From assembly GCA_965113315.1 (NCBI GenBank), contig OZ220371.1: a DNA stretch of 64,000 nucleotides; one strand, written 5' to 3'. The stretch is from Podarcis vaucheri. Lineage: Eukaryota. Below, piece after piece: positions 63,011 through 64,000 of this stretch. The number at the start of each line of letters is the position of its first letter. Position 1 is the stretch's first letter. The notes under the pieces are model-generated. The model worked only from the letters and a program-made list of their open reading frames with translations, was not told the origin of the DNA and did not search any database. Made by a program: the position numbers and the translations under genes.

Positions 63011-64000
63011 TTGTAGAGACTGATATGGAAAGACGTGTTTTGTTGCAGCTGGGCAGATGAAGGCATCCAGTTGTGCTGCTGCACCATGGCATTTATTATT
63101 ATGTGGTCTCTGAGCTGATCCTCCCCCCTACCCCAAAGAAAGGACTGGCTGGCGGGGCTCCCTCACCCGCTTGCTTGCTTGCTTGCTTGCTTGCTCCAAG
63201 GCCGCCTCAACTCAACAACCAGCATCCCCCTGCCCCAGAGGCACCATTCGCTTGCAGTGCTTGTAGCCAGGGCTTCTGCAACAAACAGCTGTGCTAGCCT
63301 TTGGGAGGCAAAGATGTGAGACAGCATCAGAGGAGGGCGGGAAGGAATGAGGGACAGACGTCAGTGTTACCTGTGGCACCCCTGGCCATCATTCAAGGCA
63401 CCCCAGGGTGCCACGGCACGCTGGTTGATAACCACTGTCCTAACAGATTAGGAAAAGCCTGTACTTTTGCAGGTTCCTTATAATCTCTGCCTTCTCTGGT
63501 GCATCTCTCTCATACCCTTTTAGACAAACATACACTTCACATAGTGGTTAATGTTTATACAAGTGCCTCTCTTGACTGCAGCTGAAGTTACTTCAGTCTG
63601 GTTAAGATGAGAAACCTGTTTATTCATGTTAAAGATTGTAAATCCTGCTTAAGCAAATACCTTGGATAGCTTCAACTCTGGTCAAGGCCTTTCCTGATAT
63701 ATCTTAACAGCAGGGTTAAGAATTCCATGGGGTGGAATTTGTTATAGGAGGGGAGGATCTAAGTATTGTCTTGCTACCAGCTTCTGATGGCATGATGGTT
63801 AGCAGAAAACCAGCATTATCAGGGCTGGTTCCAGGTTTGAAAGGACCTGCAGCAAAGTGCCACCACCATAAGTTTCTCTCTCCCCGCCCCCCAAAGTTAT
63901 CCCTGATGGAAGCTGCTGTCTTTTGTGCTACTGGATGGGCAACTGATCAGTAGCCTGTGGAGAGGCAGTCATTATTTATTCCTCCTAGCTGTTCTTGCTT

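Noticed and set aside
33000-64000. Short ORFs in the track for the right half
   Set aside because: No recognisable domains; several derive from SINEs, microsatellites or N gaps.

Overview
Vertebrate genomic DNA, most likely from a lacertid-type lizard (Sauria SINE/Squam1, Squam2, Squam3, CR1, L2, Penelope, Tc1/mariner and hAT MITEs), with two N gaps. No intact protein-coding gene is recognisable. The main result is on the minus strand. From about 32.2 kb down to the left edge of the window there is a decayed, apparently intron-less, head-to-tail array of pannexin/innexin-like 4-TM domains. I traced about 16-17 whole or partial domains between 18.6 and 31.8 kb by hand translation and found matching motifs at about 10 more sites between 0.5 and 17 kb. 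The gaps between domains are often only tens of bases, which suggests one giant concatenated 'poly-pannexin' ORF, now a pseudogene riddled with stops, frameshifts, deletions and TE insertions. The right half holds a CpG-island promoter and first exon of an unidentified + strand gene (HRE, XRE-like and FOXO motifs), a Penelope-derived hairpin carrying a minimal hammerhead ribozyme, and a 1.5-kb TSD-flanked L1-ORF1-derived element. All pannexin comparisons were made by eye against human PANX1/2/3 sequences recalled from memory and need HMM confirmation. Most coordinates of decayed elements are approximate.
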